64,000 nt of DNA from Nemertoderma westbladi (taxonomy: Eukaryota; Animalia; Xenacoelomorpha): contig JAUCBJ010001884.1 of the NCBI GenBank assembly GCA_032718475.1, forward strand, positions 19,475-83,474, given 5' to 3'. Position 1 is the stretch's first letter. The number at the start of each line of letters is the position of its first letter. The position numbers were made by a program, and so were the translations under genes. The notes beneath the pieces are model-generated. The model saw only the letters and a list, made by a program, of their open reading frames with translations, made no database searches and had not been told where the DNA came from. Of this stretch, positions 13,349-25,900 are shown piece after piece.

Positions 13349-14552
13349 GTTTATGTGTACAGTTGAATGTCTACTGCTGTATTACAGTCTGAGCAAGTCT
13401 AGTAACTCAGTATTAACTGATAGCCTAGTAATTAATTACCGGTACTGCTACTCAGTGTAGCGTGATATATATAATATATTAGAATACCGGTATGCTTATA
13501 GTATATATAACTATTATAAGTTTTATTACAGACTAGGTTTATCACGGAATACCGGTATAATTTTAGCACAAATATATATAAATATATAATAGGCCTATCA
13601 GGAATACCGGTATACAGCTTACAGTTTGTAGTATATATAATTCTGGAATAGAATTAATTACAAGTACCGGTATAATTTCAGCCTAGATTTATAGAAATAA
13701 AGATAATAGGCCTATCGTAAATACCGGTATATCAATTATTTTAAATAATTAAATTACTGAATTTTAGGGTTACTTTGTTACTTTACTTACTTTATTACCG
13801 TTATTTGAGCAGTAATCCAACTGATATTGAGACCTAATGGTTGTATGGTAGGCCTACGATTTATAAATCGTTAGATTTGATTTATAATATATATATACCC
13901 GTTTTAATGGGTTTTGTCAATGTTTGAAATAAATGTTATTATTTCTGGGGAGTCACTACACATAAGCAGTGCGCTCTCAGTGAAGTGTTACTTATAGGAC
14001 ACTAAAACAAATAATGCTAATTTACCTAAGTTACTTAATACTACAAATTACGTACAATTCGGGTGAGATTACAATCTCTAAATAAACACAAAAATTTACA
14101 AAAACACAAATACGAAATTTTAGGGTAATTTTACAAGAAGTCTACAAACCAGCCTAACAAAGGGTTAGAAATCTGGTTATTACAACGGACAGGGTACTAC
14201 GGTATTTGAAAATAATAAGTAGTAGTAAATACACTGCGTTGTCCAGATAGGAAAATACCACCGCCTGACGACCTATAGCCGTATCGATATAGGTACTACG
14301 TTATGTATCACGGAGTGTCCCTACCTAGAAGTTAATAGAGCTAATCGAACGTGCCTATCAACCACTTTACAACACAAATATAATGCCTACACTAATTACT
14401 TTCGGAAAGCACTGTACACTAAACCCTAAATTAGGTACGAGTACTTGTACAACATATAATCAGTAGTTAAATATACTTGAACAGTTAAAAGAACCACGGC
14501 ATCTGCTGGAGTGACCGGTGCACAAAATCACCAGTCTTTACCTACGCCAAGC

Positions 14553-15650
14553 ATTGCTGAGAACTTTCAAAGTTAACTGTCAAAATTTTGGTCTTTCTGG
14601 AGTTAATAAAAAGACCAGCACTAGAAGCAGCATGTTCTAATGAGCTGAGGAGCCGTTGGGCTCCCTCTAGTGATTCTGAGAGTACTCCTAAGTCATCAGC
14701 AAAGTCTAGATCAGTTAGGTACTTGGCAGGATTTCCTCGACTTCTGGAGCCAGTAGGTGGAGTTATCATCACCCCATCATCATTATGATGATCTAAGGAC
14801 ATGCGTAGAACATAGTCAACCACAATAATGAACAAGAATGGTGCAAGTGTGTCTCCTTGGAGGACGCCCCATAACACTTCAAATGGTTCTGTGTCACCGT
14901 CAACAGTAGACACAAATGTTGTCGAACCATCGTATACTGATCTGATTGCTGCAATAATTTCATCAGGAATCCCATATAATGAAAGTATGCTGAACATACG
15001 TGAGCGAGAGACTGAATCAAAGGCCTTGAAGAAGTCAACAAAGATAACAGCCAGATGCCTGTCTTTCTTTTTTGATAACTCTTCAATTATCCTTCTAACT
15101 GACTAAGTGCCAAAATGGGCTCCATGGTCCCACAACCTTTACGGAACCCATTCTGATTTCCATGGAGCAGTCTCTCAATGGGATCCCTGATGCGATTTAA
15201 TAGAATCCTATTGTATAGCTTTGCAGCAATCGAGATCAATGAGATTCCCCGAAAAGAACCATAGAGTGTTAGGTTGCCCTTCTTGGGAACTGGCACCAAC
15301 TTATTTGTTTTCATTTCTTGTGGGACTCTTGTTGTTCGGTACATGTCTACTATGACAGTATGATGGGATAGATGAGCTTTAAACACTCAGGTATTTTAAA
15401 GACCTCAGGGGGAACACCATCTACTCCACTGGCACGATTGGTCTTAATGCTCTTTGCAGCAGCCTTCAGGCCTTCACTTCTGCAAAGGAGATATCGCCAA
15501 TGGGAATATCTGGGAGTACAGACTCAGACACTTTTACTTCTATAAAGTTATCAGGCAATACCCTGTCATTATTGAGGAGCTTTTCAAAGTGGGCTTTCCA
15601 ACCATTGAGGCGATCGGCTGGTGATTCAGCCTTAACCTTGGTACTTAAAT
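14553..15650 (-). mobile_element. RTE-like LINE reverse-transcriptase fragment (frameshifted)
   Basis: VPVPKKG, FRGISL, QNGFR, GVLQGDTLAPFLF, LDFADD; collinear with 54572-55420. Confidence 0.9.
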
Positions 15651-16132
15651 GCTTATTATACCCAAACGATGAAGGAAGATGGTAAGGTAGGTGGGAAGGT
15701 GGGAATCAAACGATGTTTTTACCTTCCAATTGAAGGAAAAGAGCAGGTTACAGCGGCGGCAATTTCTAACCAAAACAATAAACGATGTTGTTGAAAATTT
15801 TCACCCACCGCCGAAAAATACAAGTTTCAGAATTCTTATGCAATTTTTACATATTCCATTGAATTCAGAACCCTCACAAATCCGTATAACGCAAGAAACC
15901 CAATACTGCCATATATTTCCGAAAAATACAAGTTTGAGATGTATATACTATATATAGTTGTTAGAAAAATATTCATTCCGTCAAATTCAGAGCCCCTTTA
16001 AACCTCTAAAATGTAAGATAGAACTATGAGTTGTCACAATCAATTGAACTATTGAATGAATTTTCAAAATTTCTTGCTGGCACCAAATTTTGCACACGGC
16101 ACCGAAAAATACAACGTTGATGATATGCCTGG

Positions 16133-16718
16133 TGATGAATTATTTCACTATAAGATAGCATTTGTAGTTTAACTTTAACGTAAAAACTTTCGAAAATCCG
16201 ACGCATTTTGATTAAGTTACAGTAATGTAATATGCCTATTCATATTTGTATACATAAAACCCCTAGTTACTCTCGTGGCGTAGTGGTCAGATGGTTAAGG
16301 CGTTGGTTACATTACAGATAGGTTACGAGTTCGAATCCCGGTCGGGAAATTTGTATTTTGGGGCCATTTATTTTCATTTGGTACAGATTGGTAAGCCAAT
16401 GAGGTGCGTACAACGTATCGAACGATGAGTTGGGCCAATCATAGGGCATGGAATATCTTATTGCTCCAATGTGAGGCCATCGAATACTCTCGAAGGTTCT
16501 AGTGGATTCTATGTCCCAGATTTAGTATATAAAGGGCTGGTTTGCCTTCGGTTATCACACACATTTGTACTTCACTACTTCTTACTTACTCTTGTAAACT
16601 TGCTGCACTAGTTGCACTAATCATTTCGTTATACTTTGTTGGTTTCTTGTTGAAACTATTGTAATTCTGTTTGATAAATCTTTTGCTAAACTGTAAATAC
16701 ACTGCAAACTTCTGAACA
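16133..16718 (+). repeat. 5' LTR core (586 bp) of BEL2
   Basis: TGATGAA...TGAACA; several CCAAT boxes and TATATAAA (~16526); 2 mismatches by eye versus 38345-38930; followed by a T-rich spacer and PBS-like TGGTCCAACC at 16729. Confidence 0.75.
16270..16347 (+). other. tRNA-derived Pol III promoter-like segment inside the BEL2 LTR (second copy 38482-38559)
   Basis: A-box TGGCGTAGTGG, B-box GTTCGAATCC, downstream T-runs; no clean cloverleaf. Confidence 0.6.
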
Positions 16719-19159
16719 TGTTTTCTTTTGGTCCAACCTTGGGACAGCCAAACATCGGGAAGATGGCAGCCTAGACCGTTAGGCCGTCAGCAACGCAGGG
16801 GAAAGATGTCCACAACACGCTAGCGCCCACATTGGATTTGACCGCGCACCCCCTTCGCCCTTCGAAATACTCCACTTGCCATGCAGCGCCCGCTTTATGA
16901 GGAAGGTAAGACTTTGTTCGACGCCCTTGCCCGCCGTAAGACCTATAGATCAGGGTAAGCGTGACGCCGTCCTGGACGCCGCAAAATTTAGGATCAAATA
17001 ATTATATTTAGGCAGAAACCCCCTTTGTCAGTCCTGCGAACCCCTGGGTTAACCTGTATTTCTCACAGGTGCGAACTATTGCCATTCGTCAGTACGCGAG
17101 TACATAGGTACGGACAGCATATGTTCCATAATTTAGTGATTCGTAGTATTGACTGTTTGGTACCGGTTCGCTTTGTAGAACATACATTAGTACCCCACCC
17201 CCCCTGCCTGAAGTTAGTTATTTGATCAGGCAAGGAGTATTTCTGCTACCGGCACACCGCTTGGCCTAGGGAGGTTTTATTAATATCCTACCGCGCCTTG
17301 CCACGTACTGATAGGTATTGCTGCTAACTACCGCGGCAACAAAGTTCTAAAATCAAATTTGTATACCAGATCAGCTAACGTCGGTAGCGATTAACCCCTA
17401 TTTCTTATCTTACAACCAGAATCTGGTATTAGTGCCGATCACGGGTGTAGTTACTAACACCGTGGTTGCCCATTGAGTTGTGGATAGGAAGGAGAGAGCT
17501 TTGACGTCATTTGTAAGTATAAAGTTCTACAAACGCGACTAGCTTATTTTAGTAGCTAGCGCATGGTATCATTTCGGTCAGAAAATCACTAAAACCTAGT
17601 GAAAAGGTATACACCAAAATTGTTTTATTTGTAACACACCCACACACACACGCCCTAAAACATATTTACCCTTAGAGTTCTACTAGTTATAGTGTACTAT
17701 ATATTACTTTAGGCAGAATTTATCTGTATTTGTAAATTAGGATCTGATATTTAGTTACGGCAATAGGGAGTATTTCATTTTCGTTATTAAACTGTTGTTT
17801 TCTGCTCAGCAGTATTGTTACATTAGGCACGACCCTCTTTCGACTGATTTAGGACTGAATCAGTGTTGTTACGCTAGGTCTGTTAACCCACTAGCTCGTA
17901 TATAAACCATATAAATCACACCGCGGCAAGTTACGGTATTTAGGACTGTCAGCGATAGTTAGGATTCGCTGCACGGGGATTGTTTTCCCGTGAGTTTGGT
18001 CTGTTACTGTAACTGTACATCTGCCTCACCGGTTAGAGGACAGGTATCCTTTTGTCTAGTTCGTAGGCATTAGACCCGCTCACGTACATAGAATAGACAC
18101 TAGGCTCTGTTCCTCGCCAGTAGTAGTTTGTGTATTGTATCTGTTTGTTTAGATATCCTGGACTCGGATTTGTTGTCAGATACTGTACGAGCCCGTATAC
18201 ATTACTAGATCTTACGGTAAGATACATCGTTACTAGGATCCGGTAAGCGGTATACTACTGGACCTTACAGTGAGAAATATTTTCTCTTACGAAAGTAGGA
18301 AATATATATCCAACCGTGAGGTTTCTCACATACTGTTAGCTATTGAAAGTAGGAGATATTTAAAAAATTAAGGTTAGTAAATTTAGTAATTTGAAGAACG
18401 TCCCCTGCTTCAGTAGGCTTTTAGGGTAGCTAGTACTTTCGTATTTAATATTTGACTAGCTAATAGTTAGTTTGTAGCATTTTGTTTTACGCCGTGTGTG
18501 TGCGGTGTTACTTTTCGGTACTTGAAAAGGTACATAGGGTTTAAAGACCAAGTTGTATCGGTACCTAGGAAGAATTTCGTAGCGTAGAAGTAAAACTCTC
18601 ACCTTCGACTTTTCAGGACTCAAGGACTCATTTCTGGACCGCTTCGAGGATTAGACCGCTTTTCGCAAAGTTTGGGAGACAATAAATTCGTCCACGCCGC
18701 CGAAAAACGGAACAACCCACGTCCGGTTTGTATTTGGGAATTTGCACGACTGGAAGATCAAAGGAATGTAAGTTTTACGACTCGTGTCGTTCAAACTTAA
18801 GAAAGCACAGTAGTACTCAAAATTTGTGGGTTTCACTGTCTAATTAGTAGTGTTGTTGGTACTTATTTTCCCGTTAGACATTGCTGTTTTGCCTATTATT
18901 TGTACTTGTTGATCTACATTTTGGTAACGTATACCGTTATCTCATTTATTCGTACAAATTTAGCCGGTAGGCTAGATTATTACATATTTCATTATATACT
19001 TTGATTTTATTTGTACCGGTTAGGGTATATATATGGTATATATATATATATATATATATACTAAGGTAAGTTTGACATTTCGACATTTTGACATTTCGAC
19101 ATTTTGATACTTTGACATTTTATTACCCGTACTTGACATATATAATAAGACATTTTACG

Positions 19160-19725
19160 CGTTTTACGCGAGTTGACCGCCCCGATGTCGAGATACGAGT
19201 TCTACACCTTACAGGTAAGGATAGAAAGTCGGGTACAACTTTACAAAGGTAAGAATAATCGATAAGTGCGAGGGAAAGCCTCATCCAGTTTAAATCAGTA
19301 GTAGGATTGGCTCAACAAGAGCAACTCGACCAACTGATGGGTGAGTCTGTTTCCGACACGTTGTTACATCCCGAAGAACTATATCGCCTGGACGGAAGGT
19401 TAGAAACGCTCACCGATTTTCTTCATAGATGTGGCGTACCAATCGAGGAACCGGATGTTGAACCGCAAGGGACGACGGAAGTTCTAGTTATGGAAGGCTT
19501 GCGAGCCTACCCTGTTCCACCACTGGACCGATCATTCGTCAGCGTACGGAGCGATGCCGGCGACGTTAGTAGAATGACATCGGTGATAACTCGACAACAA
19601 CAAGAGGTTGCACGCCAACAACAAGTCGCCGAGGAAGAAGCGCAACAACAGATGGCACAAGTTGCTATTGAGGGAGAGAAACAACGCCGAGAAGATGAGG
19701 CGAAAATCGCGAAACTTCAGGCCCA
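19160..19725 (+). pseudogene. Diverged, internally deleted duplicate of the BEL2 gag 5' region
   Basis: ORF 19307-19768 aligns to 20480-20910 (LAQQEQ..GRLETLT..DRSFVS..QQVAEEEAQ). Confidence 0.85.
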
Positions 19726-19950
19726 ATCTTTGTTAGTTTTATTTGTACCGGTTAGGGTATATATATGATATATATATATATCAAGGTAAGTTTGATATTT
19801 CGACATTTTGACATTTCGACATTCTGACTTTGTTGATTTATTTGTACCGGTTAGGGTATATATATACTATATATACCAGGGTAAGTTTGACACTTCAACA
19901 TTCAGACACTTTGACATTTTATTACCCGTACTTGACGTATATAATAAGAC

Positions 19951-22900
19951 ATGAGTGACACACCCCATTCGACAAGATACCCACCTACCGACTATGACTC
20001 GTGCGACCCGGACAGATCGACAGTAGACGAACCGAGAAGGAGAACCCGAGATTCCACCGATGTCACACCGCTTGCGTCGCCGGTACCCCGAACGGAAATA
20101 CCGGAAGCCGCAATGCGTAGCGACGGCAGAATCGAAGATTTCCTTACCGTCCTGCAGACTAAATCGCGGGAACCGGACATGGTAAGTTCGACTGGAAGCC
20201 AGGAGAACGTTATTAGGAGTATAGGAGGACACATGGCCCAGATTACTCGGAACCTCAGAGAAGGTTTTCGCGTTTTACGCGAGTTAACCGCCCCGATGTC
20301 GAGATACGAGTTCTACACATTACAGGTAAGGATAGAAAGTAGGGTACATGCCTCCGTAGAAAAACTTAAAGGTTTAGACGAACTTGCAGAGTTGCGTGGC
20401 GATAACTTTACTCAGGTAAAGATAATAGACAAGTTGGTAAGTGCGAGAGAAAGCCTTATCCAGTTTAAGTCGGTGATAAGATTGGCTCAACAGGAGCAGT
20501 TCGACCAACTTCTAGGTGAGTCAGTTTCGGACGCATTGTTACAACCCGAAGAGGAAGAAGAACTCTACTGCCTGGATGGGAGGTTGGAAACGCTCACCAA
20601 TTTTCTTCGTAGATGCGGCGTACCGATCGACGAACCGGAAGTCGAACCGCGAGGGACGACGGAAGTTCTTACTACGGAAGGCTCGTGAGCCTACCAAATT
20701 CCACCAATGGATAGATCGTTCGTTAGCATGCGGAGTGACATTGGCGATGTTAGTAGGACAGCGTCTGTAATTACTCGACAACAACAGGAGGTTGCACGCC
20801 GACAACAAGTCGCCGAGGAAGAAGCGCAACACCAGATGGCACAGATTGCTATTGAGGGAGAGAAACAACGTAGAGAAGATGAAACGAGAATTGCGCAACT
20901 CAAGGCACAAGCCGAAGTCGAAGCCTCAGAATTGAGAAGATTAGAGGAGGACTTAGCACGACAGAAAGAAGCATCTGACGCGCGTGCTCAGTTGGAGGCA
21001 CGGCAAATAAAATCACGTTTAGCTATACAGGAAGCGGAGTTAGCGGCACAACAACAAGTAGCGGATCGACGCGAAAGGGAGATGCAACTACAGTTCGAAC
21101 TGAATCGTAGATCGCGCGAGGCAGCGAACGCGCAAGCGGACCTTGAACTCGACGCGAGAGATAGATCTATAAGATCGCGAGCTGGACACGACTTGTCTGC
21201 CCTGGATCGCATGGAAGCTCGATATCGCGGAATTCAGAAGCGAATCGAGGAAGGAAGTGTGGGAGCGATAGATCGAGGAGAGGAGTTCGTCGAGGATTAC
21301 TGTAGACGTTTTCCCCAAGTTATTCCTATGCTCAAACCCACGACTCCGATAAAACTGGTCTTTGTTACGAAACCTAAGGAAATAATATATGTGCTTTCGA
21401 CGCAAGGCAACAGGTTTGTTGTGACGGAAATACCGCAACCTAGGGCGACTTCATCGCCAATTTTAGCAGGTAACATAACTAGTCCACCTACAGTAAGTCA
21501 TAGTCTACTTGTAGGAAGAGAGGAACCTGCGTTTATGACCATTAAACAGGTGAGTAAACCATTACAAGTTAAACCTGTGACGTGCTGTGCGAACCCAGTT
21601 ATTTATAGATCGACTACGAAACCCGACTATTTTACTCAACCCTTGACACAATGTTCGACGCAACCTACGACTTCATGGAAGGCTTGCGAGCCTATCGAAC
21701 TACGGAGGAGGATGGATATGGGTAGTACCCACGGGATCGAACAACGTATAAAGAGACCTATGACTTCGTGGAAGGCTTGCGAGCCTACCGAACAACGGAG
21801 AGCCGTAGATCCCAGACCACAACGGACGAGACCAAGAATAATACGCCGGACGCGAAACCGCCAGCCACCTTATCCGGACGACAACGACTCATCTAGTGAC
21901 TCGGAGTCGACGGAACGGGAAATATTCCGTACTGGAGCGGCGGATGATTACAAACGAGAGGAACGATCGACGAACACCTATATCGATAATCCTCCACGAG
22001 AAACACCCCAACAGAAACCCACGTTGAAACCAGCGGAAACGATCAGCGCCAAACAGTTCACCGAGATGACAGACCGAATAGCTCAACTCGAAGAACGACT
22101 CGAAGCGCAACCGTCGGATCGATCACGAACCAGCGTGGAGTTGGAACAACCTAGACAACATCGACCACCAAGGAGAGAACAGGAGACTAGACAGACTCCG
22201 ACCCATCGAGAAGAAGATCCCGTTAATAATTCCTACCGACGAACAACGCGCGGAAGGGAGCGACTGGACGACGCCGCCGAACAGGGACGCGGACAGTTGG
22301 ATTTGGTTAGCGAGATTGCGAAATTCGCGGCTAGACACGGATTACCGGCACAGCAACCGCCGAAGTTCTCTGGCAACGCGAAACACTGGCGCACACTGGT
22401 AGACTATGTAGAGTCCCAGATCGCTAAGTGTGCTTTCACCTCGACGGAGAAGTTTAATTACTTGCTCTTAGTCCTGTCTGGTGAGCTGAAACGATTAGCG
22501 GAAACCTTTATTGGTGTTCCCGATGCCTTTGAGTTGGCGTACGACCGTTTATATTCGATTTACGGAGGTAACGTCGCCATGGCTAAATCCATTATCGAAG
22601 ACCTCTGTAGAGGAGGCAGCATTTCGAAACCGATCGACCTTCTACGACTCGCGGACGAAATCAAAAACGCTATAGGGACTTTACGGTCCATTGGACAACT
22701 CGAATACGCTAACGCACCGACGGTTCTCATCAGGATAATCGGTCGACTTCATCATCGACTCCGACGAGAATGGCGACGCATCGAGTACCAGCGTGAAGAG
22801 GCCGGCGGGCTTTTAAAACTCACCGACATCTACCAACTGATTTCACGGGAGGCTGTGATCGAGACTCGATCGAACTATACCGATCACCATATCGCGGCGG

Positions 22901-25900
22901 AAGGGATAGCTATTTCTGCGCCGAATCGGACCAAACCATCTCCGACGAACGCGAAAGCCATTACCTACGCCACCCCTACTGAGACTTCTAAAGTTCTGAC
23001 GCCTATCGGCACCACGCAGCCACGACAACAGTTGCCAGCGGACTTTGTGGGATGCTCATACTGCGAGCGGAATGGCAGAAACCATAGCGGACATAAACTT
23101 TGTGGATGTCGTGCTTTTAAGGAGTTAGGGATTGAAGAAAGAAGACTCCAGATTCGATCATTAGATTCCTGCTGGAGATGTATGAAGCCAGGATACGTCC
23201 GGAAGGATTGCCCGAGCGACACATGTCCTCAGTGTGGACGTAACCATGACGCGTTGCTCCACACAACCAGTCATACTCCAACCAAACGCTTTCGACGAGA
23301 GCATCCAGATAAAGCGGCTAGATGCGACGCGCTTTATAAGGAGCGTGCGCCGCGCGAGATCCGTACCTTTTGTGCAGATTGTATGGATCAGTCAGGATCA
23401 TCGGACGAGGAGGAAGACGACACTTTCTACGTGCATGCAGGTGAGGAACAGCCATCGATAACGCTCCTCACACAGAACCAATTGAAAGGGTTTAGCGTGA
23501 TTCCTATAAAGATTACCGGAACCCGAGGGAGCAAGCATATATACGCTATCTTAGACTCTGCGTCATCGCATAGTTATGTCGACGAACAAGTAGCCGACGT
23601 GGTTACGGACATGAGTCAAGGTAAGACTGCTCAGTATACTGTAAGCAGCATGCATGGTAAGAGAGCGATCCCTGTGACGAGAGTAAAACTAACCTTAGAC
23701 ACTCTTCTTTCCAAAGCGGAACACAGCAAGGAGGAGCGCTCATTACTTCCGGTAAGAAATTTGACCTTTGCAGCTACGAAGGACTTTGGTAACTTGCTCG
23801 GCCCTGTGCCAGAGCAATCACCGGAAGATCGTAAGTATTTCCGACACCTTGGAATACCGGAATGTCCTGTTAATTATCGTTCCATTGCGATGTTAATTGG
23901 GACAGACCAGTTTAACTTACATCAGGTATGGGAGACACGCCCATCTGTTATTACAGCGGGCAACCCCTACGCATGTAGAACTCCCATAGGTTGGTATACT
24001 AGAGCACCAATACGTTCACTAGAGGTAAGTGACCAGGAGGACGACGTTTTGAGTACGTGTAGTTTATTGACTAACACGATAGATAATTCTCCTTCACACT
24101 CCTGTGGTCCAATTGTACGGACGGCACTACGACAGACTTGCGTCGCTAACGCAGACGCCACCGATACTGACGTAACTGATCTGGACACGACCACACGGAC
24201 CTCTGACTTACAACTACTTGCAGCAAACCAGGTTGTATTGTCTACTGAAGACCAAAGGGTTGTTGCCGTGGATGACTCGATGAACGAGGATTTTGGAAGG
24301 CTTGCGAGCCTACCGAAAAATCCGAAGGTCATTGACCCCACCCACCAAGCTTCGACACCGGTCGTTGATCTTGGAAGGCTTGCGAGCCTACCGACAGATC
24401 AAGAGGTTGTCAAACTGCCACAAGACGATTCGACGCCGACTAGTGACGCCGGAAGGCTTGTGAGCCTACCAGACACATTGACACTAGCCACCACAGCGGA
24501 CGAAGACGTGGACGAGGACCATGGCGCAGTGCAAGCAGCGCTTGACCGACTGCTGACTGAACGGACCATTCAATGGTTGGAACAGGATTCAGCAGAACCC
24601 GGTAGTTACGAGACCGCTATGTCAGAACAGGAAAAACGGTCATTAAATATTATGAGAGATACCATTCGCCAGACCGCGAATGGCCACTATGAGGTTGGTA
24701 TGTTGTGGCGCAATGGACAACCTAAACTCGTTAACAATTACCCGCTTGCTTTGAGGCGACTCAAATCAATAAGGCAGCGATTGTTGCGAGACGAGACGGC
24801 CCATATGCAATACAATGCACAACTTCAGACGTATCTCCAAAAGGGATACACCATTAGGATGTTAAATCCCGAGGTAACCTTAGACCAGACATATTACCTG
24901 CCACATCATTTTGTTCGACACCCGGACAAACCTGGCAAGGTGCGTGTAGTCAACGACTGTGCCGCGCTTTACCAAGGGATATCTATGAACAGGGAATTGA
25001 TGGACGGGCCGAATATGAACAATTACCTCATGGGAGTCCTAATGCGTTTTAGACAACGCAAAGTGGCTTTCACCTGTGACGTAGAGGCCATGTTTCACCA
25101 GGTTAAGGCTTTGGAGCGGGACAGGGACAGCTTGAGGTTTCTTTGGTATCTGGACGGAAACTTACAACTTCCGCCAGAAACTTACCAAATGCAGGTAAGA
25201 GTATTCGGAGCCAGGGACAGCCCCAACTGCACCATGTATGCATTAAAGCAGATCGCATTGGACAGACGAGACCAATTTGATCCAGAAGTAGTTCGGACCG
25301 TGGAACGAGATTTCTACGTGGATGACGGCCTCAAGAGTTCTGACACCTTGGAGCGCGCTACAACCGTAGCACACCAACTCCAAGATTGTCTCGCTGAGGG
25401 CGGATTTCACCTGACGAAGTTCGCTTCCAACGAACCCGAACTGGTGAACTCATTTGACCCGATGGATCGCAGTGGAGGTGATTTAGACTTAGACCTAGAA
25501 CCTCTGCCGACGACCAAAGTATTAGGACTTAGTTGGGACCCTAACACCGACAATTTTAGGGTACGTGTAAGGTCCAACGACCAGACTAGACCTCTCACTA
25601 AGAGGACTTGCTTATCGACCATGAGTCGATTGTATGACCCATTGTGTTTCATTAGTCCAGTGATCCTACATGCTAGGATCATACTCCGCAGCATTTGGCA
25701 AGCCGGACTGGAATGGGACGATCCCATCCCAGAAAAGTTAGCTGAGCGATGGAGGGACTGGGAAGCCCAACTGACGTTCCTACAAGACTATACCATACCG
25801 AGGGTATACTTTCCTTTGCAAACCACCTTTCCTGCTGATTTAGAGCTTCACAGCTTTAGTGACGCTAGCAAGGATGGATTGGGGGTTACTTTATACCTTA

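Larger units (their letters stand above)
5595..14550 (-). mobile_element. BEL/Pao-family LTR element 1: gag-protease only, no RT/RNaseH/IN, 5' LTR missing
   Basis: 3' LTR + PPT, gag-PR ORF, ~1.2-kb leader; abuts a LINE fragment at ~14553 at PBS-like TGGCGTAGG. Confidence 0.75.

Noticed and set aside
905-14553. One 13.6-kb insertion splitting a single LINE (the fragment at 14553 ends about where the one at 905 begins)
   Set aside because: No TSD or termini for such a unit; the second LINE tail at 5528-5594 is the simpler partner. Not fully excluded
16270-16347. Functional tRNA gene
   Set aside because: Acceptor and anticodon stems do not pair cleanly; kept only as a tRNA-derived segment
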